A DNA stretch of 64,000 bases from the human T2T-CHM13v2.0 reference genome, Homo sapiens. Both the position numbers and the translations under genes were made by a program. Positions 1-13,261 of this stretch are shown here, in pieces. The notes below the pieces were generated by a model. That model worked only from the letters and a program-made list of their open reading frames with translations. It made no database searches and was not told the origin of the DNA. The DNA is taken from NCBI RefSeq assembly GCF_009914755.1, contig NC_060928.1. One strand, given 5' to 3'. Positions within the stretch are counted from its first letter, which is position 1; each line of letters starts with the position of its first letter.

Positions 1-733
1 TTTCCACAAAAAATTATCAAAATGAACACATACATGATCTCTGTCTATCCCATCTATGCCTGCTTTCTCTTTGACTTACTCAGGTTCCTAATGGAGAAGA
101 AAATGCAGCCATCAACATTGGCTTCTTTCTGGCTTGGTCCAAGCACATAATTTGTCCACATTGGACTCTCCACAGTTTATGAGTTCCAAGTCAGTGCTCA
201 ACACCCCTTGCCTCTCAATTTTCAGTTGAACTGAATGAAATGAAAAATAACTTCTCATAAAAAGGATGGGGATTGACTGAGGACTCTCTCAGATATTTTG
301 ACAAAAATTCATTCCTCAAATAGAGAACTACAGTATTCAAATTTTTTATTCAGTATAATTGAGTAACCCAAATGGTGGAAAAATAGTCACAGAGAAGATA
401 ATAAGGGTAATTATCTTATTACAGAGAAAACATATACTATGTAAAATTAAATTATCTTTAAAATATCTGGAGAATATATATAATACAAACTTTGTTAAAA
501 AGAAGGAAACACTTATTATTCATCCCCCACACTCAGAGAGACGTACAGAAAATCATACTCAATTCTTTCCTTGGGAGGATCACTTCTGGTTCCTATGTCT
601 TCTCTTATTATTGCCTTATTCTCATAAAAACACAGATATTCTTTTTTATTTGGTGATTTTGGAGAAAATCACATTCTTCTAGCATAGCCCCAAATCATGG
701 CTCTGCTTTTTCTCTGATGTTCAGATTACTGAT

Positions 734-3045
734 CAATATGGTTTTACTGTACCCCACCCAAATCTCATCATGAATTGTGACTCCCACAATTCCTATGTGT
801 CATGGGAGGAATCCCATGGGAGACAATTGAACTATGGGAGCAGGTCTTTCCTGTGCTGTTCTCATGATAGTGTATGAGTCTCAGAAGATCTGAGGGTTTT
901 AAAAATGGGGGTTTCCTTTCACAAGCTCTTTTTTTTTGCCTGCCACCATCCATGTAAGATGTGACTTGCTTCTCCTTGCTTTCCACGATGACTGTGAGGC
1001 CTCCCCAACTGTGTGGAACTGTAAATCCATTAAACCTTTTTCTTTTGTAAATTTTCCAGTCTCAGGTGTACCTTTATCAGCAACATGAAAACACACTACT
1101 ACAGAAAATTGATACAAGGAGTGGGGTGCTGCTGAAAAGATATCTGAAAATGTGGAAGCGACTTTGGAACTGGGTAACAGGCAGAGGCTGGAACAGTTTG
1201 GAGGGCTCAGAAGAAGACAGAAAAATGTGGGAAAGCTTAGAACTTCTTAAAGACTTGTTGAATGGCTTTGACCAAAATGCTGATAATAAAGTGGACAATA
1301 AAATCTAGGCTGAGGTGGTGTCAGATGGAGATGAGAAACTTGTTGGGAACTGGAGTAAAGGTGACTCTTTCTATGTTTTAGCAAAGAAACGTGTCATTTT
1401 GCCCCGGCCATAGAGATTTGTGGAACTTTGAACTTGAGAGAGATGATTTAGGGTATCTGGTGGAAGAAATTTCTAACCAGAAAAGCATTGAAGAAGTGAT
1501 TTGGATGCTGTTAAAGGCACTCGGTTTTAAAAGGGAAACAGAGCATAAAGTTCAGATAATTTGCAGCCTGACAAAGTGATAGAAAAGAAAATCCCATTTT
1601 CTGAGGAGAAATTCAAGCCTGCTGCAGAAATTTGCATAAGTAAGAGGAGCCAAATGTAATTTGCCAAGACAATGGGGAAAATGTTTCCAGGGCATGTCAG
1701 AGGTCTTTAAGGCAGCTCCTCCCTTCATAGCCCCAGAGGTCTAGGAAGAAAAGATGGTTTTGTGGCCAAGGCCCAGGGCCCTCCTGCTGTGTGTAGCCTA
1801 GGGACTTGGTGCTTGCATTCCAGCTGCTCTAGCCATGGCTAAAAGGGACCAAGGGACAGCTTGGGCTGTTGCTTCAGAGGGTGCAAACCCAAGCCTTGGA
1901 AGCTTCTATGTGGTGTTTAGCCTGTTGGTGCATGAATGAGGTATGGGAACCTCCACCTAGATTTCAGAAGTTGTATGGAAACACCTGGATGTCCAGGCAG
2001 AAGTTTGCTGCAGGGGCGGGTCCCTCAGGGAGAACATCTCCTAGGGTAGTGTGAAAGAGAAATGAAGGGTTGGAGCCCCCACATACAGTCTGTACTGGGG
2101 CATCTCCTGGTGGAGCTGTGAGAAGAGGGCCCCCATCCTCCAGTCCCCGGAATGGTAGATCCCCTGACGGCTTGCACCATGAGCCTGGAAAAGCCACAGA
2201 CATTCAACACCAGTCTGTGAAAGCAGCCAGGATGGGTGACATACCCTGCAAAGCCACAGGAGCAGAGCTGCCCAATACCATGGGAACCCACCTGTTGCAT
2301 CAGCATGACCTGGATGTGAGATATGGAGTCAAAGGAGGTCATTTTGGAGCTTTAAGATTTGACTGCCCCACTGGATTTTGGACTACATAGAGCCTGCAGC
2401 CCTTTTGTTATGGCCAATTTCTCCCATTTGGAATGGCTGTTATTTACCCAATACTTGTGCCCCCATTGTATCTAGGAAGTAACTAACTTGCTTTTGATTT
2501 TATAGACTCATAGGTGGAAGGGACTTGCCTTGTCTCAGATGAGACTTTGGACTGTGGACTTTTGAGTTAATGCTGAAATGAGTTAAGATTTTGGGGGACT
2601 GTTAGGAAGGCATAATTGGTTTTGAAATGTGAGAACATGAGATTTGGGAGAGGCCAGCAGTGGAATGTTATGGCTTGGCTGTGTCCCCACCCAAATCTCA
2701 TCTTGAATTGTAAATCCCACAATTCCCAAATGTCATGGGGAGGAACTCTCTGGGAGGTGATTGAATTATGGGGATATGTCTTTCCTGTGCTATTCTCATG
2801 ATAGTGAATTAGTGTCATGAGATCTGATGGTTTTAAAAATGGGAGTTTCCCTGCACAGCTTTGTTGTTGTTGTTGTTTTGCCTGCTGCCATCCATGGAAG
2901 ACGTGACTTGCTTCTCTCTGTCTTCCACCATGATTGTGAGGCCTTCCCCACCATGTGGAGCTGTAAGTCCCTTAAACCTCTTCCTTTTGTATATTTTCCA
3001 GTCTTGGGTATGTCTTTATTAGCAGCATGAAAATGAATGGATAAA
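734..3045 (+). mobile_element. THE1B (ERVL-MaLR) complete provirus: 5' LTR 734-1103, THE1-int 1104-2665, 3' LTR 2666-3045
   Basis: Two direct ~370-bp LTRs matching the THE1 motif (cccacccaaatctcatcttgaattgt ... gcagcatgaaaa..aca) flank a ~1.56-kb internal region with degenerate MaLR frames (WNSLEGSEEDRKMWESLEL). 5-bp TSD-like ctgat (729-733) / gtgat (3046-3050). Confidence 0.93.
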
Positions 3046-3239
3046 GTGATAAAACATATTCTCTCTCTGCTCATGTTTCTATGAGGTGTGTGCCAGCATG
3101 AAATAAGATGGAGGGGCTGGATTAGAGGGGAGTTGTGATGCACCTTTGTGCTCCATTGTTGTAGGCTGTGGTTCTTCAGCAGTAGGTAAAGCAATTCAAT
3201 TCAGGAAGACAGAATTAGAAAGCCTGATATGCTGTCATC

Positions 3240-3547
3240 TTGGGGTCTTGGCACTCCTACTTTCCTCTGCCTGGAATGTTATTTCTCAAGATATAATTAC
3301 ACCCTTCAGGTCTCTGCTCAAATGTCTCCTTCTTTGTGAGGACTTTGCAAACTACCCTGTTTGAAATGACAGTGCCCTTCCTAGCACTCTTTATACCTTT
3401 CTTGATATCCCACATAGTTTATTGTTTCTTCATTCTGTCTTTTCCCAACTAGAATGTAAGCTGCATAAGAATTTAACTTCTCTATCCCCACTGCTCAGAA
3501 CACTTGTCAGTATAATTCTACAAGCATTTTTTGAATAAATGAATAAA
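3240..3547 (+). mobile_element. L2 3'-end fragment
   Basis: ttcctctgcctggaatg, ctagaatgtaagctgcat and terminal ttgaataaatgaataaa are typical of the L2 3' end. Confidence 0.7.
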
Positions 3548-3726
3548 GGCCCGTGGTTTCTGGATCAAACTGTTTCTTCAAAATCGGTTTTACCAAGAAA
3601 CCTATAGTTTGGAAAATAAAGATAGTACTATATTTTAGTTCCTGTAGAGCGCCTATGTATATTTCTTGAATTTGTTATCCCCATAGATGAATAATATTGT
3701 GATTGATGACTATCCTAGGACTGAGA

Positions 3727-3914
3727 TAATAATATTTGAAAATCACAGACTGTACCAGCCAAAGCTGTCAAGTTTTGTGGGGCGGAGGTATGTGGGAGGA
3801 ATGCATATTGGGATTTGGTGAATTCACTGTCATTCTTAGCTTGGGTAATTTATTTATATATGAACATATATAACCCCTTAACTCTTAGATAACCACTATA
3901 TATAAAACACTATT
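3727..3914 (+). repeat. Donor copy of a 188-bp dispersed duplication (second copy at 55019-55206)
   Basis: Direct alignment by eye gives 188 nt, 5 substitutions, no indels, same orientation. Confidence 0.95.
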
Positions 3915-5774
3915 AATATATAATTGTGTTTGTAAAGCTAGATGGATGTAAAACCACTCATGTTATAGACAGTGGTATTTCAGAGTGAAGGAATTATGAG
4001 TTTCCATTTACATCATTTTTTGAGGTGCTTATTTCAAATTTTAAATTGAACATACATGTTTTAATCATTACACAGGGAATAATACACTCTGTTGAAGAAT
4101 AATTCTAGGACAAGGGAAACTAGACAGCTTCCTTTAGTAATAATATGTTCTACACCTTTCTGTCCTCAATTGGCTTGATAGCAACCCTGTCTAAATGCTC
4201 ATACACACATTTAATAAGAACAGAGCACTTGCTGTGCTAGACTTGAAACCAATCCCAATAGTTCTCATGTACACGCAGTGTATTTTCTCAGAATAATGTT
4301 TTTATCATAATATTCATTTACTGTTTTCAAGCATAGGATAGCCTTCTGTTAGTAGTAGTTTGGTTTCTAATTAAGGTGACTGGCAGGTTGCACACATGTT
4401 CCATATACAAAAGGATTTGATTTAAATTAGACTCTATTCTGTAAAGGTTTTATTAGCTCAACATTATACAATACAGATCTTTTGCATTGATTCCTCAGAA
4501 AATAAATGTGTTAATTAATCCAAAAAACCTTTTTTGATCACCTACTATGATTCAGGCACAGCTTAAATACCAACAACATGATGTTGAGCTCAAATAGGTA
4601 TGGTTCCTAGCTGATTTTACTGTTCTCAAGGGAGACTGCTTAATTCTCAGGTAACCTTGTGTTCCACCAATGCTATATTTTGAATAGTCCTTTAGTCTCA
4701 AAACTCTTGTGAAATCTCTATAACTTTTCATATTTCACACGTAGTTTTGTGTTCTGTAAATCTTGTTTCAGAGCAGGCATGGCAGTTTCAGTTGGTTTCT
4801 AATGACTTTTCCAAAAAGGAATTTCTTTATAACATAAAGAATAATACATGCTCCTTGAATATGGAAGGAAAAGTCACTTCCTATTCTGTTATTTTATATT
4901 GGAACCATGTGTCAGTACATTTAAAGCACAAGCACACATACATACATTGCGTTCAAATAGCAGGCCTTGTATTAACACTTACCCGTGTGTGAAGTTATGC
5001 TTTACCCGCTATTTGAAATTTCCTCTTCCTCATTCCATGTAATTTCTCTAAATCTTATTTATCTATTAAATTCCTTCTTCTTTTGAGAAGAATCTTGCCT
5101 GTGCACTCTATCTCAAACACATATGTCTCCTTCTGAGCACCCAAAGCACTTATGGTTTATACCATATAATCATTTGGCATTTAGAGTAGGAATGATTGTC
5201 TATCACTGTGATTCAGAGTTGCTACCTATGAAGTATGCAACTATGCATGCTATTTTAAAATGTTCAAGAGGAAAATGTATCTGGTACCTTTAAAAGTAGA
5301 AATAAACTTGAAAAAAATCTATATGATTTGGTAAAGAAGTTAAATGTATTTCATTTTTAAATCCTTGGAACAGAATCAAATTGTTTTCTTGATTAGAAAA
5401 AGATAGTCACGAAGAGATTTGCCAAGCATAATCAAAATTTTTCACTATTTCTTTTCATCCCTGACTAGATGAGAAGAATGCTACAGATGGTCAGTTTTTC
5501 CCTCTTGCTGAAATGTAGCTAAAGAAATTGCAAGAGTAAAGCCTGATAAAAATGGGCAAGACAGTGCAGTGTAAAACCTAGGTTTCAGTGGAAGGCTTAT
5601 GTGGCCCTAAATAGTTGAGGCTGTTCCAAAAGAGGCTTTAGGCACCTAGTGGATGAGTTTTGTGTATTCTCTAAATAGAGTTAGAATAACCTATTGAGAG
5701 TGTTGATAGTAGTTAAGATGCGTGCAGTGATGTGTCATCCAACACAGTGTAATAAAGGATCTAATCCCGTTTTT

Positions 5775-6135
5775 GATATTTAACTGCTGACAACTCTCAG
5801 GCCCACCTTGCCTCCTCTATTTTTCCCCAGCTCTGGGCAAATTGATTAAAAAGCCTGGGTGCTCACTTCTCTGGCATTGATGATTTCACCATGTACACTC
5901 CTGCCCATGCATGGGAACTTTACCACTGGCCCTACCTGTTGTCGGAAATAAAAATACATGCTATTTTTCTTTCCTGGCTCTCTCAAATCATTTCAGACCT
6001 GCTTGGGAGGCCTGCCTTGCTTTCACCAGAAAAGCATCAGTTCTGTAAGTAAGAAACCTTTTCATACTCTCCTGGTGTGTGTGATGTCATCAGTCTTGAC
6101 ATGAACCGAATTTTGAGTAGAGACTCATCTACTTT
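5775..6135 (+). mobile_element. ERV1-type LTR remnant (MER39/MER34-like)
   Basis: 3' part aaaccttttcatactctcctggtgtgtgtgatgtcatcagtcttgacatgaaccgaattttg resembles MER39-group LTRs. Family assignment is from memory. Confidence 0.55.
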
Positions 6136-6649
6136 TAAACAGAGTAGCCACAACTCCCAGTGTTTGAATTATAAAAATTTCCCATATATCGTGTTTGTTT
6201 AAAATGATTAACTTTAATCTTTCCTGCATTTTTAATAACAACATAGGTTACTAGCTTGCATTGTTCTTCTCTAAATATATGAGGAAACTGAGATACATGG
6301 GTCATAAACTTACAGCATAAAACCATAAAAATGTCCACTTGGTGACTGATTTCTAAATTGCAATTTTAAGCCTTAGAAAGAAATAAACAGGCTTATTCAT
6401 ATATGCTCTCCTTGGACACTCAAACCAAGATAAAGTCTTTAAACAACATACTCAGAACTCTGTAAATATTAGAATTGGAAGGCAGAACACCTGTCAAAGT
6501 GTCTTGCTAGTGGCAGATCCAGAATGTCAGCTTGGGCTGTTAAAAGTTCACAGATAACCTAATCAACCTTGAACATAGGGGACCCTTCAGATTAAATGAT
6601 GTGTAACCTAATGATAGTGATACATTTTTTACTTCTTTGAGCTAATATT

Positions 6650-6855
6650 TAATTCTATGTTCCAAGCACCTTAATAAGCAGTTTACATGCATTACCATGC
6701 CTAATTCTGCAAAGGCCCAGGGCTAGATTTTAGAGATATCACTCATGAACAGATGAGGAAATGGACACTTGTATCAGATAATCTGTAGTCCAGGGTCACA
6801 CAGCTACTATGTATGAGAGCTTGGAGCCCAGGTGTGCTTGGCTCCAGAAGCTGTT
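6650..6855 (-). mobile_element. MIR SINE fragment
   Basis: acagatgaggaaa ... ccagggtcacacagcta ... gagcccaggtgtgcttggctccaga is the antisense MIR core. Confidence 0.7.
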
Positions 6856-8287
6856 CTCCACTAAACCCCTTGTGTACCTATCCCAAACCCTTGTGTGTAC
6901 TCTAATCTGGATACAGCTAAAATTTACTGGATAATCACTTTTGCATGAGACATGCTTAAAGAGAATCAAGGTGGCATTGTAGAAAGAGTATTCAATAGCA
7001 TTTTTACATACATAACTGAATTTCCACTGTGCTACATATCAGTTTGTTGGTTACCTGAGTAAAAACACACTTTTAGTGACTTTATTTATTTATGAAACTA
7101 CAGGGTTGGATAAGGTAAAATGTTCTTGTTTTGAGACTCAGAGAACACTGAAATTATATGCAAATCTTATTTTTGCATGTATGGATGCATTTTCCTGCTA
7201 ACAGTGTCCATAACATACCTATTTCTTAAAGGGTATCATAAAAAATGATAAGACTCTCAACTGGATAGCTGTTAAGTTCTTTTGTAGCTCTAAAAATAAA
7301 ATGTTTCTATCCAACTCAAGAAGACAGAGAGACAGCAGAAAGGATCAGGAAGTGGACAGAAAAGATAGGGTTCTGAAGTTTTTTTTAAAATAATATTTGG
7401 CTAAATCAAAACCTGGTAACAAAATTCATTTTTTTTCTCCTGAAATGGATTATAATTCACAACACTACCATTAAGATACTCTTGTTTGCATCTTGGTAAG
7501 ATCAGATTTATTTTTCCCATTTATATAGAAAGATGTAGATTTGGACATTGAAAGAAAAATCTCTATAGATTTTTATTTATAATCTTCATCCCTCCTTCTG
7601 TCTCCAAACCTGCTTTTCCTCAGTGATCCTTAGATAACCTTGTCACCACTTTTAATGGTTATTTCTAAGTGATTGACCTTGATATCTGTTCAGAAGACTG
7701 CTGATTTCTATGCCTTTCTTGTAACTATATTTTTTATTAATTTCTTTTAAATTTAATTTTAATTTAGATTTTAAAAAGTTCTCTGGTTCTTCTCCACCTT
7801 CCTGAACCTCTGTTTCTTCAAATTTCTAAATGTAGGTTTCCCTTTAGATAACTTTTTAGTCCTTTTTTCATTTTCTCTAAATTTCCTTCTTGACCAATCT
7901 TCTTAAGGGTTAATTCCACATGTAAGACAATCACTTAGCTCTCATAGGTTTTCTAAAATTACAAAATGTTATTATTTAAAGGTTATACAGTGGTTATTGA
8001 ACAGAAAGGACTAAGACAGTGATGCAACATGCCCAAGACACAACTAGTGAGAAAGAAAAATGGGACACATATCCTGGTGTTCTGATTCTAAATATAATCC
8101 TTGTCCCAGTATGCCAGGAGCTAGGAGGCAACACCTCAAAGAAGTAGAGATGGAGAAGGAAGGCAAACATAGCCACAGTTGAGACAGCTCAATAAATTTT
8201 AATTGAAAAAAAAAAGTTAGAAAAGAAGTTGCTCTAGATGACAATTTGTCTAAATGATTATTTGCCTTCTATAATGAATATTCCACG

Positions 8288-8661
8288 TGTATTAGTCTGT
8301 TTTCATGCTGCTGATAAAGACGTATCTGAGACCGGTCAATTTACAAAAGAAAGAGGTTTAATGGACTCACAGTTCCACATGGCTGGGGAGACCTCATGAT
8401 CATGGTAGAAGATGAAAGGCACGTCTTGTTTCATCTTGTCTCATATGGCGGCAGACAAGAGACAAGAGCTTGTGCAGGGAAACCCCCATTTTTAAAACCA
8501 TCAGATCTCATGAGACTTATTCACTATCACAAGAAAAGCATGGGAAAGAACCACCCCCATGATTCAATTATCTCCCACTGGGTTCCTTCCATAACATGTG
8601 GGAATTGTGGGAGTTATAATTCAAGATGAGATTTGGATGGGGACACAGCCAAACCATGTCA
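8288..8661 (-). mobile_element. THE1B solo LTR
   Basis: tgtattagtctgttttcatgctgctgataaagac ... ggggacacagccaaaccatgtca, with TSD ccacg (8283-8287) / ccatg (8662-8666), a CpG-decay difference. Confidence 0.92.
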
Positions 8662-8959
8662 CCATGTGACAATTTAGTATGTTTGTTTTCCCTTTTATGT
8701 TGGCATTTGCCATAGCCCAGTTTCTCCTGTTTTTTTGAAATACTCTAGTGGCCTTACAATAGATTTTCATTCTTTTCTCTTTTTAAATTTTTATTCTGGT
8801 TTTAAAATTTAAATCTTTAATCTGGTTGTGAAATTTTAGAAGAGGTTAAGTTTAGAAGAAGCAAGTTTCCTTTGTTGCAGGTTGCTGAAAAGGAAATTTA
8901 CCTCTTCTAAACTTTACCTGTTCTAAAATTTCAGCCTCCAGCTCTTCATATTCCCTTCC

Positions 8960-9112
8960 CTTTTTTTCTTTCTTTGCATATACTTACCATTATCCAACAT
9001 ACTATATAATTTACTTACTTATTTTGCTTATCACCTGTTTCCCATTTAGACTGTAAGCTCCCCTAAGGGCAGACTTCCTGACTGCTTTGTTCTGTCTTTT
9101 ATCCCCAGCATA
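8960..9112 (+). mobile_element. L2 fragment
   Basis: ttagactgtaagctcccctaagggcag ... atccccagca motif. Confidence 0.6.
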
Positions 9113-9929
9113 AGGAGAATTCCTGGATCCTGGAATTTCTTATTATGGATATCACTGTGTTCCACACTAAAATGCTTTTTACCTCAGTGGAATCAAATAA
9201 AGAAAATATGCTTCTAGAACAGCATGGAAGAAACTAAATTTATTTATAAAAATACATAAATAAGATGTCATCTTTGGAAGAAAGAACACCTACATGCATA
9301 TTAAACATATAAAGTCAAATCCTGTCTTCCACATCAAAAATCACTCCTTTTACTGACAGTTTTTGTACTTGGAATCCTGATTAACAATTCTTTTCTCACC
9401 TACAGTTGTCATTTCAAAACACTGAACACCAGAGAATGTAAATGTCTATTTTTGTTAAGAAACAAATGCTTATGTCGGTGCTGCCGAATTCTAGAAAAAT
9501 ATCAAGGAAACAATGTTTTCTTATACCTTTCTATGCCCCTTTTGGAAACAAAATACAAGTAACAAAGAGAGTGGGTTGTTTTTGGAATTCATTATCCAAG
9601 CATAAAGAAATTTAGATGTCAGGAAGCCCTCACAAATCCTCTCCATTCTTGCTCAGAACAGAGTTGGAGGACAAGGTCAGGTGGCAACTTTTCTTTCTTT
9701 TTTCTCATACATTTCCTGAAGCATCTTCAAAGAAAATCTAAAAAATGACTCTGTACATTACAATATAAAAAGTAAAAATTTTCAGAAGATAAGACGGACC
9801 AGCATCAGGATTGACTTATTCACATAAATCTAAACCAGAATTTGTAGAGGTAAATTTTGATCTCAGAAAAGGCAGAAAGAGTTTTGTGGCACTCATTTAT
9901 TTTTAGCTACATACTTCTTTTCCTTGCGC

Positions 9930-10125
9930 AGTGTAGTGAAAAAGAGAGTAATCTTTGAAGCCAGTCAGACTGAGATTTCAATCTCAACTGCAAAGTTAAA
10001 TAGCTATGTCCCCCTTGGGCAATTAATTTTATATTTTTGATTCTTTTTTCCTATCCTGTAAAATTGTGCTTAATATATCTCATAGGGCTGTTGTATTAAA
10101 TGATATAATTTATATGAACTATGTA
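9930..10125 (+). mobile_element. MIR SINE
   Basis: gtgtagtgaaaaagag ... ccttgggcaatta ... ctgtaaaat ... tcatagggctgttgt ... attaaatga MIR core. Confidence 0.7.
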
Positions 10126-10839
10126 ATATAAAATAGGCAAATAGATCTTTAAAATTGCTAGTTTTCCTCCTACACAAACATGTATTCTTTGTCTACATTT
10201 AGATGTGTATATATATATATACATATATATGTTAATAATTTATTCATTTAACTACTAACCTAAAGAAAATAGTGTCAAGAAATTTAAATTTTGTTTAAAT
10301 TTCAATTTAATTGGACAATGTTCTAGTCCTGTCTTATTTACTTAAAATAGGCATTTTGGTAATTTGCTTACAATAGCAAAAAGCAACTTCAACTTATTTT
10401 TTAAAAGGGTTTTTGTAGAGACTGTGATGAGGAAACTTTATCAGAGTTTCAACATTATATTCTATGGCTGAGTGTCAAGGTTGTACTACGAATTTATACA
10501 ACATTGGTACTTTTCCAAGACATTATTCTCTAGGCAAGGCAAATTTAATATGATTGAAAATAATATTCTTAAGATTACTGCTGTACTTATTAGGGTAAAT
10601 TAGTTACCATTTTTCATTTTGAGTGAAAATGTTGTGCTTCATTTACTATAGTTTTTCATAGCAAAAAAAATTAAGTGCCTGAAAAGCTGTTCTTGCTGTC
10701 TGTTCCCTTAATTCTCTGCAACTAGGAAAATATATTTGCTAAAAGCCTCAATCATCTGAACATAAGTCTTACATAGCCCATTATAGGATCTCTGATTAAA
10801 ACAGATAACAGAAACTAAATTGTACATAGATGCTTCTTG

Positions 10840-11106
10840 CTCACTCTGTCACCCAGGCTGGAGTGCAATGGCAGCTACCTAGGCTCACTGCAATCTCCAC
10901 CTCCCTGGTTTAAGCAACTCTCTTGCCTCAGCTTCCCGAGTAGCTGGGATTACAGGTGTGCACCAACATGCCCAGCTAATTTTTGTATTTTTAGTAGAGA
11001 CAGGGTTTCACCATGTTTGCTAGGCTGGTCTTGAACACCCAACCTATGGTGATCCACCCACCTCAGCTTCCCAAAGTGTTGGGATTACAGGCGTGAGCCA
11101 CCATGC
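10840..11106 (-). mobile_element. AluS element lacking poly(A) tail, last 3' bases and TSD
   Basis: Both Alu arms are present (ctcactctgtcacccaggctggagtgcaatgg ... gtgagccaccatgc), but there is no poly-T or gagacggagt on the left and no duplicated flanks. Confidence 0.9.
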
Positions 11107-11624
11107 TGATTATGTAAGAATTATATATTATTCTTACATAATTAGTTAAATAAATATGTGGCAAATATAAAAATATATCTTCTACATATCTAGTCATTTA
11201 TGTCAATCTTTGGTCATGTTACATGACTCCAAATTGGCTTACAAATATATAGCATCCTGACTGGTAAGACTGAGGAACTACCATGGTGAAGAATGTTTTC
11301 CTTCCTTTATTAAAGCTTTAAGGTATTTCCTTAAGCTTCCTTGATATAATCAAGTTTTTGTTGTTAATTAGTATCCTGTCAAACTGTCATGCAGTTACCA
11401 AAATAGGAATCAAAAGGTGATTGAGGCAAAGAGAGAACAAAATCTTTAAGTATTTATCAGTTAGAAAACAAAGATTCAAACAGCATGTTTCAGACAGTAT
11501 TTTATAGATTTTTTTTCACCTAGAAAAGGTCTTCGAGATCTTCTAGTTCAACACCACCTTGTCCTTCACCATCATCCTGCACTTTCCCTTCTGTAAGAAT
11601 GTGTGGGTGGACTGTAGTGGGCAC

Positions 11625-12039
11625 GGTTGCATGGAGTCCCATAGAAATGCCCCTAGGATCCTGTATTCCAGCTCCATGCACCCATCCCCCATCTTCTGGG
11701 TGCTTTCCTGCTGATTGTGCATACCAGTGATCAGAGGATTGCCCTTGACCAACAGAGCCCCTCACCTGTAGGCAGTGGTGGCTGGAAGCACTGGAAATTC
11801 TTAGGTCATTTCCCCTGCCTCCCCACTCCCACCCTTTCATAGCCAATAACTGGTGCAGGAGTACAAAAGCTCTACTTCTTTGCCTTCATGTTTGTGACCA
11901 ACTTTGAGGTGTCATTCACTCTCTAGAGCTTCTAGCAGTATCAGGCTGCTGGGGAATTTGCTCCTGAAAGTGTGTAATATGTTTTTCACTGGAATCCTTG
12001 CCTTAGTTTCAGCTTCCAGAAGAACTCACCCTGTGTCAC
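11625..12039 (+). mobile_element. LTR16-type (ERVL) LTR, apparently inside a MIR remnant
   Basis: agccaataactggtgcaggagtacaaaagc ... gaggtgtcattcactctctagagc ... atcaggctg resembles LTR16A. MIR-like pieces lie at ~11520 and ~12045-12125. Confidence 0.6.
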
Positions 12040-12172
12040 TGCCTATAGCATTTTATAAAGAAAAATATTTGACCTAAGGAGGTTAAGTAACTCATGAAAT
12101 TTGCAAAGTGACAGAGAGCAGAGGTTGGATGGCATATATTCCAGTATTTAATGGACAGCAAAATTCTTGGAG

Positions 12173-12355
12173 CAATGAGTCTAACCTTGGCTTCCCATTA
12201 AAATCGTATGGGGAGCTAAAAATAATTTAAGTGCTGATGGAAAATTCACATTATATACATACTAAATAAGAACCTCTGGGGGTGGAGGCATGGCAATGGT
12301 ATTTTTAAAGTGTCCCAGGTGAGTCTAGTGTGTAGCTAGGGTTGAGAACCACTGC
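12173..12355. mobile_element. MER5 (hAT-Charlie) MITE
   Basis: Ends in agggttgagaaccactg with a decayed counterpart caatgagtctaaccttgg; internal aagaacctctggggtgg. Confidence 0.75.
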
Positions 12356-13261
12356 CATAGAGTTAATTGCTTGGTTATGTTTTTAACATAAGTGGTGAAA
12401 TAGAAGTAGGGTTGGGTAAAAGAATAGCAAACAAGTAAATTTTGAATTTGGCAGTGCTAAGATATTCTCTGTTTACGCTTTCTGACGTGATAGGGAAAAG
12501 GGAACAGATAAGTGTTTTAAACAAAGTTTGCAATTTCACATGGTTACAGAGGCTGGGTATGAATACATGAGGAAAGCAGACAGTTATTTTTGTAAAACCT
12601 TCTTTTATTGCTTAATATTAAACATGTAGAAACAATTTATGCTTCCACCATATGCTCTTCCCTTTCTTCACCCACCTCCCTTTATTTTGAAGTATAAGGT
12701 CCTCCAAACTGATCTTTCATTTTTCTATTTTTGACAGAATATGAATACCAGAAATGTTTCCTTTTGAAAAAATTGTTATCTACAAAAACGTGACAGTTAT
12801 GCTCAGGACTGGCCACTGACCCTTGTATTCAGTGCAGCAGAAGCAATAGGAAGACTGAAATGCCCTAAAAGCATGAAGAAAACTGCAACATAGCTCTGGT
12901 TTATCACTGCCCTTTGGGAGCGCAGGCCTAGTGTTACCGGAAATTTGATTTTTTGAGAGTTCAGAGATCAAGATTTTATGGGAACTTGTATTCATTTAAA
13001 TGTTAAAAAAAATTTAAGAAATTAAGATGACTAACATTGTATAGGAAACTGAAACAGATTAGTAGAATGGATTTTTGCTACAAATCAGTAGTTTTTGACT
13101 TTTGGTTTACAATATTAGTGTAAATCTATACCTTTTTTTTTGAAAAATACTAATTTAATTCTAAACTTTATTTCACATTGCTTGATCACCTAACTTTCAA
13201 TAGTCTATAAGTTGTGCTAGCTTTATATGATTCCTTCTTGTTCTGCTTCACCCTATGCATA

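Noticed and set aside
3727-3914. Explaining the 188-bp match to 55019-55206 as shared ancient repeat homology
   Set aside because: 97% gap-free identity with sharp ends is far too high for independent copies of the old, decayed element the donor seems to lie in.
9112-9141. Near-palindrome gaattcctggatcctggaattt
   Set aside because: Short and imperfect; expected by chance.
12715-12995. Possible exon after acceptor-like ttttctatttttgacag (12737)
   Set aside because: No convincing reading frame or matching donor. Such motifs are common by chance in T-rich DNA, and transcript data would be needed.
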